Below are positions 27,167 through 37,181 of a stretch of DNA of 64,000 bases, piece after piece. The notes beneath the pieces were generated by a model. It made no database searches, had not been told where the DNA came from, and saw nothing but the letters and a program-made list of their open reading frames with translations. The stretch lies in contig JAOACJ010000016.1 in NCBI GenBank assembly GCA_026417895.1, forward strand, positions 20,015 to 84,014. Reading direction: 5' to 3'. Position 1 is the first letter of the stretch. Every line of letters starts with the position of its first letter. The stretch comes from Patescibacteria group bacterium (GTDB taxonomy: Bacteria > Patescibacteriota > Patescibacteriia > UBA2591 > CALHIP01). Position numbers and translations under genes: made by a program.

Positions 27167-28357
27167 ATGAGATCTGAACTATTTCTTAAAATTAAAATCA
27201 ATTTTATCCTTCGACTGGTTAATCTTTTTAAAAAGATCGGCTTTTTCATCTTTTGGTTTTTAGAAAAAACCCTTCAGGGCTTTACAAATTTTCTTTTCTT
27301 TTTGGCAAAAATTATTTTGTCTCTTTTCTTTTCCTTATATTTAAAAACAAAGAAATTAATTAAAGAGGTCTCTTTGAATTTCCACTACCAGGATAAGCTA
27401 TTTTCGTTTGTCTCTCACTTTCAGTCAAAAATAATTTTAATTTTTTTGATTTTTGTTTTTGTTTTTATTATCTCTGAACAGAAAATAATACCCGAAAAAA
27501 TGTTGTCTGTTCAGGCTTCTGTTTCTTTCGCCAAAGAAACAGAAGAGAATGAGGCTACTTCGCCTGATTTTAAAATCGCAACAGTTGAAGATGAGGAATC
27601 GGTTTTAATACCAAATTTTACCTTTGAACGAGACTTTGTGCCAACGCGAACAGAAATAGAAAAATATATTGTCCAACCTGGCGACACAATTTCTTCTATT
27701 GCCGAAGATTTTGAGGTTAGTGTTAATACAATTTTATGGGAAAATAAATTAACCCCTCGTTCAATTATTAGGCCAGGCCAGATCTTGAAAATTTTACCTA
27801 TTTCTGGTGTCTCTCATCAAGTCAAAAGAGGAGAAACAATTGAAAAAATTGCTCGTTATTATAAAGCAAATCAAGAAGATATTATTAGCTTTAATGATTT
27901 AGAAGAAAAACCATTAGTTGCTGGCGAAATCATTATTATTCCTGAAGGTAAAATTCCACCACCAGTTATACCAAGAACAGTGACAAGGTCTGTTCGAGAC
28001 AAATTATGGCCCGGTCAATTAGGTCAAAGAACAAGAGAGGGAACTAATTGTCGAGATTTTTATCCTGGACAATGTACCTGGTATGTGGCACAAAAGTACT
28101 GTATTCCCTGGTCTGGTCATGCCAAAAGTTGGTTAGCTAATGCAAAAAAATTTGGCTTTTCTACTGGCCTTGAACCAGTCAAGGGTGCCATTGTTTCACT
28201 CCGTGAAACTTGGTATGGCCATGTCGGTATTGTTGAAGAAGTGGGCGAAGATTCAATTATTATTTCGGAAATGAATCATTTGGGTCCTTGGAAGGTTAAT
28301 AAAAGAGAAATAAAAAAAGATGATTGGCGAATCAATGGTTATATCTATTTAAAATAA
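27167..28357 (+). CDS. LysM-LysM-CHAP peptidoglycan hydrolase with N-terminal membrane anchor
   Basis: Two LysM repeats (VQPGDTISSIAEDFEVSVNTILWENKL; HQVKRGETIEKIARYYKANQEDIISFNDL). C-terminal CHAP domain with catalytic Cys context GQCTWYVAQ and His GHVGIVEEV. Confidence 0.8.
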   Translation: MRSELFLKIKINFILRLVNLFKKIGFFIFWFLEKTLQGFTNFLFFLAKIILSLFFSLYLKTKKLIKEVSLNFHYQDKLFSFVSHFQSKIILIFLIFVFVFIISEQKIIPEKMLSVQASVSFAKETEENEATSPDFKIATVEDEESVLIPNFTFERDFVPTRTEIEKYIVQPGDTISSIAEDFEVSVNTILWENKLTPRSIIRPGQILKILPISGVSHQVKRGETIEKIARYYKANQEDIISFNDLEEKPLVAGEIIIIPEGKIPPPVIPRTVTRSVRDKLWPGQLGQRTREGTNCRDFYPGQCTWYVAQKYCIPWSGHAKSWLANAKKFGFSTGLEPVKGAIVSLRETWYGHVGIVEEVGEDSIIISEMNHLGPWKVNKREIKKDDWRINGYIYLK

Positions 28358-28358
28358 A

Positions 28359-29891
28359 TCAAATAACTTCTCTTTCTGATCTAACGCGATATTGAATTGC
28401 TTCGGCTATGTGAGATGGGGCAATTTTTTCTTTTTGGGCTAAATCAGCAATTGTCCGAGCGACCTTAAGAATGCGGTAATAAGCTCGAGCTGAGAGAAAA
28501 AATTTTTCAACCGCCTCTTTAAGTAATGTTTCCCCTTCTTGGTCAATTTGACAAAATTTTTTGATTTCTCTTACTCCCATTTCAGCATTGGTTAGAAAAT
28601 CTGTTTTTTTAAATCTTTCTCTCTGAATATTTCTAGCCATTTCTACTCTTTTCCTTATTTCTTGAGAACTTTCTGCAACCTTTTCTTCGAATAACTTTTC
28701 TAGACCTAAACGAGGCACTTCTAAGTGTAAATCAATTCTGTCTAGAAGTGGGCCAGAAATTTTTTTATGATATTTAATAATTTGTGCCGGCGAACAGAGA
28801 CAGGGTTTATTTGGGTCGCCATAATAACCACAAGGACAAGGATTTTCTGAGGCAATAAAAATAAAATTAGCCGGAAAAGTTAATGAACCTTTGACGCGAG
28901 AAATTGTGACAACCCCATCTTCTAAGGGCTGACGAAGGCTTTCTAAAACATGGCGAGAAAATTCTGGTAATTCGTCAAGAAACAAAACGCCGCGATGAGC
29001 TAAACTGATTTCACCGGGCCGAGGTGTCGAGCCGCCGCCAATTAAAGCAGTTTCGGAAACGGTATGATGGGGCGAACGAAATGGTCGAGTAGTAATAAAT
29101 GGCTTCTCTTCTGAAAGTAAACCAGCAATCGAATAAATTTTACTCACTTCTAAAATCTCCTCTCTTGTCATCTTTGGCAAAATTGAGGGTATGGTTTTGG
29201 CTAAAAGAGTTTTACCGGCCCCAGGCGGACCGGACATGAGAAGATTGTGACCACCAGCGGCAACAATTTCCAGCGCTCTCTTAACTTGCTCTTGACCTTT
29301 AATATAAGCCATATCAACCTCATATTTCTCCTCTTTAATATCTATTCCTTGACCAATGATTGGTTTTAAAGGAGAAGCGCCGGAAAGATGGGCTAAAAAT
29401 TCTTTTAATGAACGAAGGGGGAAGATTCTAACACCTTCAACCAAATTTGCTTCTTGTAAATTAGCCCGTGGCAAAAAGATGCCTTCTAATCCTTTTTCTT
29501 TAACTAAAAGAGCAAGAGGTAAAACCCCTTTACTATGTTTTAAGTCACCGTTTAAAGAAAGTTCACCTAAAAAGAGATAGTTCTGAGGAAATAAATTAAA
29601 AGGAATTTGTTGAGAAGCAATGAGAATCCCCAAGGCAATTGGTAAATCATAAATTGGCCCTTCTTTTTTCAAATCGGCTGGAGCTAAGTTAATCACTAGT
29701 CTTTTTTGATGGGGAAATTTAAGACCAGAGTTTTTAATAGCTAATTTTACTCTTTCTTTTGCTTCTTCAATTGCCTTATCTGCTAAACCAATAATTTCTA
29801 AACCAGGAAAGCCAGTGGAAAGATCAACCTCAACTTCAACAATTTTGGAGGAAAGACCAATAGTAACGCCAGAAAGAATTTTAACTAACAT
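28359..29891 (-). CDS. yifB: YifB/ComM-family Mg-chelatase-like AAA+ ATPase
   Basis: LLMSGPPGAGKTLLAKTIPSILP Walker A; GEISLAHRGVLFLDELPEF Walker B / sensor; 510 aa. Confidence 0.85.
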   Translation of the reverse strand: MLVKILSGVTIGLSSKIVEVEVDLSTGFPGLEIIGLADKAIEEAKERVKLAIKNSGLKFPHQKRLVINLAPADLKKEGPIYDLPIALGILIASQQIPFNLFPQNYLFLGELSLNGDLKHSKGVLPLALLVKEKGLEGIFLPRANLQEANLVEGVRIFPLRSLKEFLAHLSGASPLKPIIGQGIDIKEEKYEVDMAYIKGQEQVKRALEIVAAGGHNLLMSGPPGAGKTLLAKTIPSILPKMTREEILEVSKIYSIAGLLSEEKPFITTRPFRSPHHTVSETALIGGGSTPRPGEISLAHRGVLFLDELPEFSRHVLESLRQPLEDGVVTISRVKGSLTFPANFIFIASENPCPCGYYGDPNKPCLCSPAQIIKYHKKISGPLLDRIDLHLEVPRLGLEKLFEEKVAESSQEIRKRVEMARNIQRERFKKTDFLTNAEMGVREIKKFCQIDQEGETLLKEAVEKFFLSARAYYRILKVARTIADLAQKEKIAPSHIAEAIQYRVRSEREVI

Positions 29892-29905
29892 AGAGATAGA
29901 GTATG

Positions 29906-30334
29906 CTAAGGGTCAAGGTTGTTTATCTTGTCTGGTTTAAATGATTTTATAATGAATAAAATTGTGCCCAGTAGAATCATTATATCAGAAAAATTGAAAC
30001 TAAAAACAGAGAAAAAGTTAAAGTAATCAATGACAAAACCGTAGAGAAGGCGATCCAAGAAATTACTCAAACCACCAATAAAAACAGAAGAAAGAAAATA
30101 AGAAAGATGGTATTTTTTATTTTTGAAACTTTTGATAAGCAAAAAAATGAGAAGAAAAAAAATCATCAAAACAAGAAAATAAAAAATATCTCCCTTGAAA
30201 AAAAAGAGAAAGTAAGGATTAGGGATTAATTTAAAAAATAAATATTCTTTTTTTATTAAAAGAATATTTTTAATCAAGCGTTCTAAAATAAAAAAAAGAA
30301 GAAAGAAAATAAGAAAATATTTTTCCTTTTTCAT
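29906..30334 (-). CDS. lspA: lipoprotein signal peptidase II
   Basis: GGLSNFLDRLLYGFVIDYF and FNFSDIMILLG match the LspA conserved boxes; four hydrophobic helices. Confidence 0.7.
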   Translation of the reverse strand: MKKEKYFLIFFLLFFILERLIKNILLIKKEYLFFKLIPNPYFLFFFKGDIFYFLVLMIFFLLIFLLIKSFKNKKYHLSYFLSSVFIGGLSNFLDRLLYGFVIDYFNFFSVFSFNFSDIMILLGTILFIIKSFKPDKINNLDP

Positions 30335-30335
30335 T

Positions 30336-30689
30336 TTATTTTTTACAGGTTAAACAATATTTCGCTGTCGGCAACGCTCTTAATCTCTTTTCATCAATTT
30401 TTTGACCACATTTTTCACAAATTCCATAGGTTCCTTTTTTAATTTTCTCTAGGGCAAGATTAACCTCTTCTAAACTTTTCTCTAGACTACTTCCCAAAGA
30501 AAGCCGATCACCGAAAGCAGAAACCTCGTCGGCCATCTCATCTTCTTTATCACCAAAATCAGGAAAGTCCACTTCAAAGCCATTACCAAATCTTTTACTT
30601 CTTTCACCCAATTTCTCTAGCTGAGCTTCTAATTCTGTTTTTTGTTTTTTTAATCTCTCCTCAATTTCTTTTAAGAAATTTTTAAACAT
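30336..30689 (-). CDS. DksA/TraR-family C4 zinc-finger protein
   Basis: Coiled-coil N-terminal region plus C-terminal CEKCGQKIDEKRLRALPTAKYCLTCK C4 zinc finger. Confidence 0.7.
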   Translation of the reverse strand: MFKNFLKEIEERLKKQKTELEAQLEKLGERSKRFGNGFEVDFPDFGDKEDEMADEVSAFGDRLSLGSSLEKSLEEVNLALEKIKKGTYGICEKCGQKIDEKRLRALPTAKYCLTCKK

Positions 30690-30722
30690 AAAGAATCTTT
30701 AAAAGGTCTTAATAAACACAAA

Positions 30723-30764
30723 AACCACGCAAAATTATTAAAAAATAATAAAAAAACCGTGGTT
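30723..30764 (-). terminator. possible rho-independent terminator after rnpA (weak; large loop)
   Basis: AACCACG…CGTGGTT 7-bp inverted repeat. On the minus-strand transcript it is followed by UUUUGUG. The roughly 28-nt loop makes it weak. Confidence 0.25.
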
Positions 30765-30857
30765 CTAAATATTTAAGATAGAAGAAAGATAACACTTTAT
30801 AAATAAGAGGTCAAGAAAAGTTATCCACAGGTAAGACTATACTATTTAGATTAGAGT

Positions 30858-31223
30858 CTATACATTATTTGAGGTGTTATTTCTTTCTAAAAGTTTTGCC
30901 CTTTTTAGCAATTTCTCTAATCTTTCTTTCATTGACCAAAAATCAAGGTTTTTGATTTCTGGTTTGGTTAAAATTATAATATCAAAACCTTTTTTTATTT
31001 TATTTAAATCTTGATAAATAATTTCACGCAACCTCCTTTTAATTTTATTCCTAACAGTTGATCTTTTGTCAATTTTATTGGCCACCACTAGGCCAAAACG
31101 AGAAAATTTAAAATTGTTTTTCAAATATTTTAATCCTAATTCTTTAGTAAAAAAAGGTTGACCTTGTTTAGCTAAAATTTTAAAATCCTTTTCTTTGACC
31201 AGTCGATATTTTTTTGGCAACAT
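30858..31223 (-). CDS. rnpA: ribonuclease P protein component
   Basis: LPKKYRLVKEKDF…RFGLVVANKIDKRSTVRNKIKRRLREI; 121 aa, basic, immediately downstream of rpmH. Confidence 0.8.
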   Translation of the reverse strand: MLPKKYRLVKEKDFKILAKQGQPFFTKELGLKYLKNNFKFSRFGLVVANKIDKRSTVRNKIKRRLREIIYQDLNKIKKGFDIIILTKPEIKNLDFWSMKERLEKLLKRAKLLERNNTSNNV

Positions 31224-31263
31224 AAAAATTGAATTGACTAACTATTCAGATCAATCAGATTTT

Positions 31264-31404
31264 TCAAACAGTTAACCTTTTCCTCTTTTTCATTCTTCTT
31301 CTTTTTAGAACATTCCGTCCCGCTTTTGTTCTCATTCTTTTTAAGAAACCGTGAACTCTTTTTCTTCTTCTTACTTTTGGTTGATAAGTCCGTTGAGGAG
31401 ACAT
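31264..31404 (-). CDS. rpmH: 50S ribosomal protein L34 (not in the supplied ORF track; below its length cut-off)
   Basis: Hand translation gives [46 protein letters not shown], 46 aa, matching the L34 consensus MKRTYQPS..KR.RTHGFR.RM.T.NGR.VL..RR.KGRK.L. Confidence 0.8.
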   Translation of the reverse strand: MSPQRTYQPKVRRRKRVHGFLKRMRTKAGRNVLKRRRMKKRKRLTV

Positions 31405-31434
31405 AAATTTTTAATTTATTTTCTTTTATTTTTT

Positions 31435-31683
31435 TTATTTAACCGGATCCCAACCTCCTTTTGAAAAAGGATGACATCTTAAAATTCTGATAATGGTTTT
31501 AAATAAACCTTTCAAAAAGCCATGTTTTTCTATGGCTTGAGCGGCATATTCTGAACAAGTTGGTCTAAATTTACAGATGCCAGGAAATGGATGCAGAAGA
31601 GAAAAATAACCTCTCTCAGGAGAAAAGTATTGCTGATAAATTTTAATCAAATATAGAACAAAATAACGAAAAGAGATTTTCAT
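31435..31683 (-). CDS. yidD: membrane protein insertion efficiency factor YidD
   Basis: [43 protein letters not shown] matches the YidD signature. It overlaps the pnp stop by 4 nt. Confidence 0.85.
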   Translation of the reverse strand: MKISFRYFVLYLIKIYQQYFSPERGYFSLLHPFPGICKFRPTCSEYAAQAIEKHGFLKGLFKTIIRILRCHPFSKGGWDPVK

Positions 31684-33839
31684 AAAAAACCTTTTTTTCG
31701 ATAAAAAGATTTATCAGCTATTCGCTTCAAAGAAAAACTCAATCGGCCCATTTCATCAATTTTAATCAATTTAACCGGAATAATCTCCCCTACTTCTAAA
31801 ATATCATTTATATTTTTGACACGGAAGGGGGCAATTTCTGAAATATGAATCAATCCTGATTCGCCGGAAAAGAGTTCAACAAAAGCACCAAAATCGACAA
31901 TTCGTGTAATTTTTGCCCGAAAAATTTCACCAACCTTTATCTCTTTGGTTAAATCATTAATCCAATCACGGGCTTTAATCAAAGCCTCTTGAGAAGGAGA
32001 GGTGACGATTACCAGCCCGTCATTTTCAATGTCAATAGTAACGCCGGTTTGAGCGACAATCTCGTTAATAACCTTACCTTTCGGACCAATAATATTACGA
32101 ATCTTCTCTGGTTCAATGCGAAAAGCAATAATCTTAGGCGCAAAAGGAGAAAGTTCTTGCCGAGGCGAGGTTAAAATTGAATTCATAAAATCAAGAATTT
32201 TATTTCGACCAATTTTTGCTTTTTCTAAAGCCTCTTTAGTAATTTCAAAAGAAAGTCCTTTTGTTTTAGTATCCATCTGAATGGCGGTAATACCCTCTCT
32301 TGTGCCAATCACTTTAAAATCCATCCCACCTGGCCCATCTTCTAAATCCTGAAGGTCAATAAAGGTTTTAAATCTTTTAAAATTTCCATTCTCTTCTTCT
32401 GAACTTAAACCAACAGCAATACCAGCTACTGGTCTTTTGATTGGTACACCAGCATCCATTAAAGCTAAACAAGAAGCACAAGCTGAAGCCATAGAGGTCG
32501 AACCATTAGAAGACAAAACTTCTGAGACAACGCGAATGGTATAAGGAAAAGTTTCTTGATCGGGCATTACGGCCAAAAGACCTTTTTCAACTAACATACT
32601 ATGACCGGTTTCTCTTCGACCAGTTGTTCGTAAAGGAGCTACTTCGCCAGCCGAAAAGGGTGGAAAATTGTAATGATGCATAAAACGTTTCCGGCCTGAT
32701 TCTTCCATGGTATCTAAATACTGTTCCATGCCCGGCGCCCCCAAGGTCACCGTGGCAAGAACTTGAGTTTCACCGCGCTGAAAAAGAGCTGAGCCGTGAA
32801 CACGGGGCAAAACTCCTACTTTGGCAAAAAGAGGACGAATTTCATCCAATCCTCGTCCATCAATTCTTTTTTCTTTATCGAGAATTGATTGACTAATCGC
32901 CGTGTAAATTGATTTGTTAACTTGTTCAATCGCTTTTTCTCTTTTTTCTTTGCCAATATTTTTTTTAATCAAAATTTCATCTAACTCGCGACGAATTTTT
33001 TCGACAGCAGCAATTCTTTCTTCTTTGCTTGCTAATTTTTTTTGAAATAAATATTTTGGTATCTCTTTTTGGGAAAAGTCACGAACAATTTTTTCAATTT
33101 TCTCTTGCTCTTTCTTTTCTTCGGCGGTTAATTCTTTTAACCAAGAATAGTTTTTAGGCTTTCCTACTTTTTCCTGAATTTCTTGAAAAAACTTAATTAG
33201 ACGTCGACTATGTTTAAGACTAAATTGAGTAGCTTTAAGAACCACCTCTTCTGAAACTTCTAGGGCACTGGCCTCAATCATAATGATTTTTTGGTCTAAA
33301 CTACAAACCACTAAATCGAGATTACTTTTGGCTCGAGCTTGATAGGTAGGGTTTAAAACTAATTCTTGATTAATTTGACCAACACGAACACCAGCCACTG
33401 GCCCCGACCAAGGAATATCAGAGATGGCCAAAGCCAAAGAAGCAGCATAAAGAGCAACAAGGTCAGGATCATTTTCTTGATCAACAGAAAGAACGGTAGT
33501 GATAATTTGAACTTCACGACGCAAATCCTGATTAAACAAGGGTCTTAAAGAACGATCGATCAGCCGACCGGCTAAAATAGCTTCGTCGGGCGGCCGTGTC
33601 TCTCTTTTAATAAAACGGGAACCTTTAATTTTACCGGCAGCATAAAATCTCTCTTCGTAGTCAACGGTTAAAGGAAAATAATCCAACTCACCCCGCTCTT
33701 CGCCCATAACAGCCGTAGCTAAGACCGTTGTTTCGCCGTATTGAACAATAACCGAACCATTGGCTTGGTTAGCTAATGCTCCAGTTTTAACGATTAATTT
33801 TCTTCCACCGATTTCTGTGGTAAAAATTTTTTCTTCCAT
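31680..33839 (-). CDS. pnp: polyribonucleotide nucleotidyltransferase (PNPase)
   Basis: N-terminal [25 protein letters not shown], two RNase PH domains, KH and S1 at the C-terminus, 719 aa. Confidence 0.95.
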   Translation of the reverse strand: MEEKIFTTEIGGRKLIVKTGALANQANGSVIVQYGETTVLATAVMGEERGELDYFPLTVDYEERFYAAGKIKGSRFIKRETRPPDEAILAGRLIDRSLRPLFNQDLRREVQIITTVLSVDQENDPDLVALYAASLALAISDIPWSGPVAGVRVGQINQELVLNPTYQARAKSNLDLVVCSLDQKIIMIEASALEVSEEVVLKATQFSLKHSRRLIKFFQEIQEKVGKPKNYSWLKELTAEEKKEQEKIEKIVRDFSQKEIPKYLFQKKLASKEERIAAVEKIRRELDEILIKKNIGKEKREKAIEQVNKSIYTAISQSILDKEKRIDGRGLDEIRPLFAKVGVLPRVHGSALFQRGETQVLATVTLGAPGMEQYLDTMEESGRKRFMHHYNFPPFSAGEVAPLRTTGRRETGHSMLVEKGLLAVMPDQETFPYTIRVVSEVLSSNGSTSMASACASCLALMDAGVPIKRPVAGIAVGLSSEEENGNFKRFKTFIDLQDLEDGPGGMDFKVIGTREGITAIQMDTKTKGLSFEITKEALEKAKIGRNKILDFMNSILTSPRQELSPFAPKIIAFRIEPEKIRNIIGPKGKVINEIVAQTGVTIDIENDGLVIVTSPSQEALIKARDWINDLTKEIKVGEIFRAKITRIVDFGAFVELFSGESGLIHISEIAPFRVKNINDILEVGEIIPVKLIKIDEMGRLSFSLKRIADKSFYRKKGFL

Positions 33840-33847
33840 AGAAGTTT

Positions 33848-34360
33848 CTATTCATATTTTCTAATTAGAAATTTTCTTTTTTGTTGAGATAAATCAATAA
33901 ATTCGTCAGCCATTTCAATTAGTTTGGCTGAAGTCGTTTCTTTAAAAGCCATCACTTCTACCCGACAACCTTTGTTTTCTTTTAAATAATTAACCAGGGG
34001 AACAAAATCACCATCACCGGTGACTAAAACTACGACATCAATTTTTTCGGCCAATTTCACCGCATCAATGGCAATACCAACGTCCCAATCGGCTTTTTTT
34101 GCCCCACCATAAAATATCTGTAAATCTTTCAGCTTTATTTCAAAACCTTGTTTGGCTAAAGCCTCAAAAAAACTTTCTTCTTCAAAAGACTTTGAACGAA
34201 TAACATAGGCAATTGCCCTGATTAGTTGTCTACCCCTACTACCTTCTTCTAAAATTTTCCGAAAATTGACTCTCGCTCCATATAAATTTTTCGCCGAATG
34301 ATAAATATTTTGTGTATCAATAAAAAGACCGACTCTTTGAAATTTATAATTAAGAATCAT
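33848..34360 (-). CDS. NYN-domain (LabA/DUF88-like) protein
   Basis: VGLFIDTQNIYHS…VVLVTGDGDFVPLV Asp-rich PIN-like NYN motifs; 170 aa; sits between rpsO and pnp. Confidence 0.75.
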   Translation of the reverse strand: MILNYKFQRVGLFIDTQNIYHSAKNLYGARVNFRKILEEGSRGRQLIRAIAYVIRSKSFEEESFFEALAKQGFEIKLKDLQIFYGGAKKADWDVGIAIDAVKLAEKIDVVVLVTGDGDFVPLVNYLKENKGCRVEVMAFKETTSAKLIEMADEFIDLSQQKRKFLIRKYE

Positions 34361-34374
34361 ATGGAAATTAAATT

Positions 34375-34641
34375 TTATTTGCCTCTTATTTTTTTAATAA
34401 TTTTTTCATAACTTTCTGGGTCGGTTTTTTCTAAATAACGCAAGAGTTTTCGGCGTTGAGCTACCTTTCGCAATAAACCTCTTTTTGAGGAAAAGTCATG
34501 TTTATGAGTTGTTAAATGGCGGACTAATTCTTTAATTTCTTGAGTTAAAAGACCAACCTGAACTTCAATTGAGCCGGTATCTTTTTCATGTAGGGCATAA
34601 TCCTTTTTAATTTTTTTCTTAGTTTCTTTTTTAAGCGACAT
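34375..34641 (-). CDS. rpsO: 30S ribosomal protein S15
   Basis: DTGSIEVQVGLLTQEIKELVRHLTTHKHDFSSKRGLLRKVAQRRKLLRYL matches the S15 consensus. Confidence 0.9.
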   Translation of the reverse strand: MSLKKETKKKIKKDYALHEKDTGSIEVQVGLLTQEIKELVRHLTTHKHDFSSKRGLLRKVAQRRKLLRYLEKTDPESYEKIIKKIRGK

Positions 34642-34704
34642 AATTTGAGATTATAACAAAGACTAAATTTTTGTCAAAAAGAAAAATATGATAGAATAAA
34701 AAAT

Positions 34705-35865
34705 ATGCGAATTGGCTTTTTTAGCGACACTTATTTACCAATTACTTTTGGCACTGAAATCTCTATGGAAACTTTTAAAAAGGAGCTAGAAAAATTTGGT
34801 CATGAAGTTTTTGTTTTTTGCCCAAAATATCCAGACCGAGAAGGGCTAGAAAAAAATGTTTTTCGTTTCCCTTCTCTCCGTTTAATGAAAAGTCCAGAAA
34901 ATCGGTTGATGTTTTTTGGACCAGCGGCGGTGAAAAAAATTGTTAATTTAAAATTAGACGTCGCTCACGCCCACACGCCCTTTTCGGCCGGTATTTTAGC
35001 CAAGCTGGTAGCTAAGAAACTAAAAATTCCTCTTTTCTATACCTCACACATGCTTTATCCTGAATATGCTAAACACTGGTTGATTAGAGAAAATAAAATT
35101 TTGCCGATTTTAATGAAATTCTATTTAAAAATCTATGGCAATAGTTGTACCGCTTTAATTGCTCCTTCAGAAAAAATGAAAAAATTACTTGAGGAATATG
35201 GTGTGGAAAAGCCAATTTTTGTTTTACCAACTGGTCTTGATTTTACACGATTAGAAAAAGTTCAAGAAAAAGATTCGGAAACAAAAAGGAAATTTAATAT
35301 TCCTTTAGACCACAAAATCTTACTCTACGTTGGCCGCTTGACTCAAGAAAAAAATGTTGGCTTTCTTCTGGAGGCTTTTTCTGAAATTCGAAAAAAGAAA
35401 CAAGATGTTTGTTTAGTCTTGGTTGGTGAAGGATACTTAGAAAGAGAATTGAAAGAAAGAACAAAAAAATTAGGTTTAGAAAAAAAAGTCATTTTTACCG
35501 GTCGAATTTTATGGGAAGAGGTGGTCAAACTTTATCGCGACGCCTATCTTTTTCTCTTTGCTTCTTTAACTGATACGCAGGGCTTGATTATTGTTGAAGC
35601 AAGTTATTTTGGCCTACCGATTGTTGCTTTGAAAGATGAGTCTTATCAAGGAATGTTGATTGATGGAAAAAATGGCTTTACGGTTTATCCCTACGACCCT
35701 GTTCTTTTCGCTAAAAAAGTCTTAGAAATTTTAAATGACGAAAAACTCTATCAAGAATTTTCAAAAAATGGTCGGGAGTTAGCCAAAAAATTTTCCGCTG
35801 AAAATCAGGCAAGAAAATTGGTTGAGATTTACGAGAAAATGCGATCCATGCCGATAGGCAAATAA
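34705..35865 (+). CDS. GT4-family glycosyltransferase
   Basis: Glyco_transf_4 N-terminal region and the C-terminal GT1/GT4 EX7E-like region LYVGRLTQEKNV…FLFASLTDTQGLIIVEASYFGLPIVA. Confidence 0.8.
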   Translation: MRIGFFSDTYLPITFGTEISMETFKKELEKFGHEVFVFCPKYPDREGLEKNVFRFPSLRLMKSPENRLMFFGPAAVKKIVNLKLDVAHAHTPFSAGILAKLVAKKLKIPLFYTSHMLYPEYAKHWLIRENKILPILMKFYLKIYGNSCTALIAPSEKMKKLLEEYGVEKPIFVLPTGLDFTRLEKVQEKDSETKRKFNIPLDHKILLYVGRLTQEKNVGFLLEAFSEIRKKKQDVCLVLVGEGYLERELKERTKKLGLEKKVIFTGRILWEEVVKLYRDAYLFLFASLTDTQGLIIVEASYFGLPIVALKDESYQGMLIDGKNGFTVYPYDPVLFAKKVLEILNDEKLYQEFSKNGRELAKKFSAENQARKLVEIYEKMRSMPIGK

Positions 35866-35894
35866 TTGACAAAAATAAATTTTTAGGTTAAAAT
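35866..35894 (+). promoter_or_regulatory. sigma70-like promoter, TTGACA-17nt-TAAAAT, upstream of tRNA-Arg
   Basis: TTGACA at 35866-71, 17-nt spacer, TAAAAT at 35889-94; the tRNA starts about 44 nt downstream. Confidence 0.45.
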
Positions 35895-35937
35895 TTTATT
35901 AAAATAAAATTAAAGTTTTTATTTTTTAATTTTTAAT

Positions 35938-36009
35938 GCCCCCATAGCTCAATGGATAGAGCATCAGCCTTCTAAGCTGAGGATGCGTGTTCGATTCACG
36001 CTGGGGGTA
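35938..36009 (+). tRNA. tRNA-Arg (anticodon TCT)
   Basis: Cloverleaf folded by hand: acceptor GCCCCCA/TGGGGGT (one G-U pair), D arm GCTC-AATGGAT-AGAGC, anticodon stem TCAGC/GCTGA with loop CTTCTAA (U33, anticodon TCT, A37), T arm GCGTG-TTCGATT-CACGC, discriminator A; CCA not encoded. Confidence 0.8.
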
Positions 36010-36043
36010 TGACAATAAAATCAAAAAAAATAGAAAAATAAAA

Positions 36044-36070
36044 AAGACGAAAAACAATCGTCTTTTTATT
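36044..36070. terminator. bidirectional rho-independent terminator (tRNA-Arg / recA convergence)
   Basis: AAGACGA-aaaacaa-TCGTCTT hairpin with a T-tract on the plus strand (TTTATT) and on the minus strand (run of A on plus = UUUUUU). Confidence 0.5.
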
Positions 36071-36158
36071 AACTATTATTTAATTATAGACTTCCTAAAT
36101 TCTATTATCTAAAATTTGGGTAATTTTATCTCTTTTTTTACGGTTCAAGTCTCAAAAA

Positions 36159-37163
36159 TTATTCTTTCACCTTTGCTAAAATAGCTTGACGAATTTCTGT
36201 AATTAATTTTGGATTGGTTTTTAAAAATTCTCTCGCTCCTTCCCGGCCAACACCAAGTTTTGTTTCGCCAAAAGAAAAAGTGTTGCCAGATTTTTTTATA
36301 AGACCATAATTCAAACCTAAATCAATTAAATCACCGCTCAGAGAAATGCCTTCATTATAAATAATATCAAATTCACATCCTTTAAAAGGTGGGGCAACTT
36401 TATTCTTGACGACTTTCGCTTTGACTCGATTACCAATTACTTGTTCTCCTTTTTTAATCTGTCCAACTTTTTTTAATTCAATCCGCACCGATGAATAAAA
36501 TTTCAAAGCAGTGCCGCCAGTCGTTGTTGTAGGAGAACCCCACATAATGCCGATTTTTTGCCGTGTTTGGTTAAGAAAAATTACAATTGTTTTACTCTTA
36601 GCAACAATACCGGCTAACTTACGTAAGGCTTGACTCATTAGCCTGGCTTGAAGACCGACAAACTGATCGCCCATTTCGCCTTCAATTTCAGCTTTAGGTG
36701 TTAAAGCCGCTACTGAGTCAATAACAATAGCGTCAACGGCATTTGAACGAACAAGTGTTTCGACAATTTCTAAAGCTTGCTCGCCAGTGTCAGGTTGAGA
36801 AATTAATAAATCTTCAACTTTGACACCAATTTTTTTTGCATATTCTGGATCTAAAGCATGCTCGGCATCAACAAAGGCTGCCACTCCTTTTTGTTTTTGT
36901 AATTCCGCTAAAATATGAAGAGCAAGTGTCGTCTTGCCTGAGGCTTCGTCGCCGAAAATTTCAATGATCCGACCGCGTGGTACACCACCGACTCCCAAAG
37001 CCAGGTCCAAGGAGAGACAGCCGGTGGAAACCGTTTCCACCTCCATTCTTTTAGCTTCTCCTAATCTCATAATTGAGCCTTCGCCAAATCTTTCTTTGAT
37101 CTGTTTAATTGCTTCTTCGGCGGCTTTAATTTTTTCGTCTTTTAATTCTTTTTCTTTGGCCAT
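36159..37163 (-). CDS. recA: recombinase RecA
   Basis: [37 protein letters not shown] Walker A; L1/L2 loops conserved; 334 aa. Confidence 0.95.
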   Translation of the reverse strand: MAKEKELKDEKIKAAEEAIKQIKERFGEGSIMRLGEAKRMEVETVSTGCLSLDLALGVGGVPRGRIIEIFGDEASGKTTLALHILAELQKQKGVAAFVDAEHALDPEYAKKIGVKVEDLLISQPDTGEQALEIVETLVRSNAVDAIVIDSVAALTPKAEIEGEMGDQFVGLQARLMSQALRKLAGIVAKSKTIVIFLNQTRQKIGIMWGSPTTTTGGTALKFYSSVRIELKKVGQIKKGEQVIGNRVKAKVVKNKVAPPFKGCEFDIIYNEGISLSGDLIDLGLNYGLIKKSGNTFSFGETKLGVGREGAREFLKTNPKLITEIRQAILAKVKE

Positions 37164-37181
37164 AAATTTAAAAATTATTTT

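Noticed and set aside
34642-34704. Promoter for the GT4 gene (TTGTCA … TATGAT)
   Set aside because: The spacer between the candidate -35 and -10 is only about 10 nt, which is not convincing.
35866-36158. Possibility of additional tRNAs or an ncRNA next to tRNA-Arg
   Set aside because: Only one cloverleaf could be folded. The remaining sequence is an AT-rich spacer containing the terminator hairpin.
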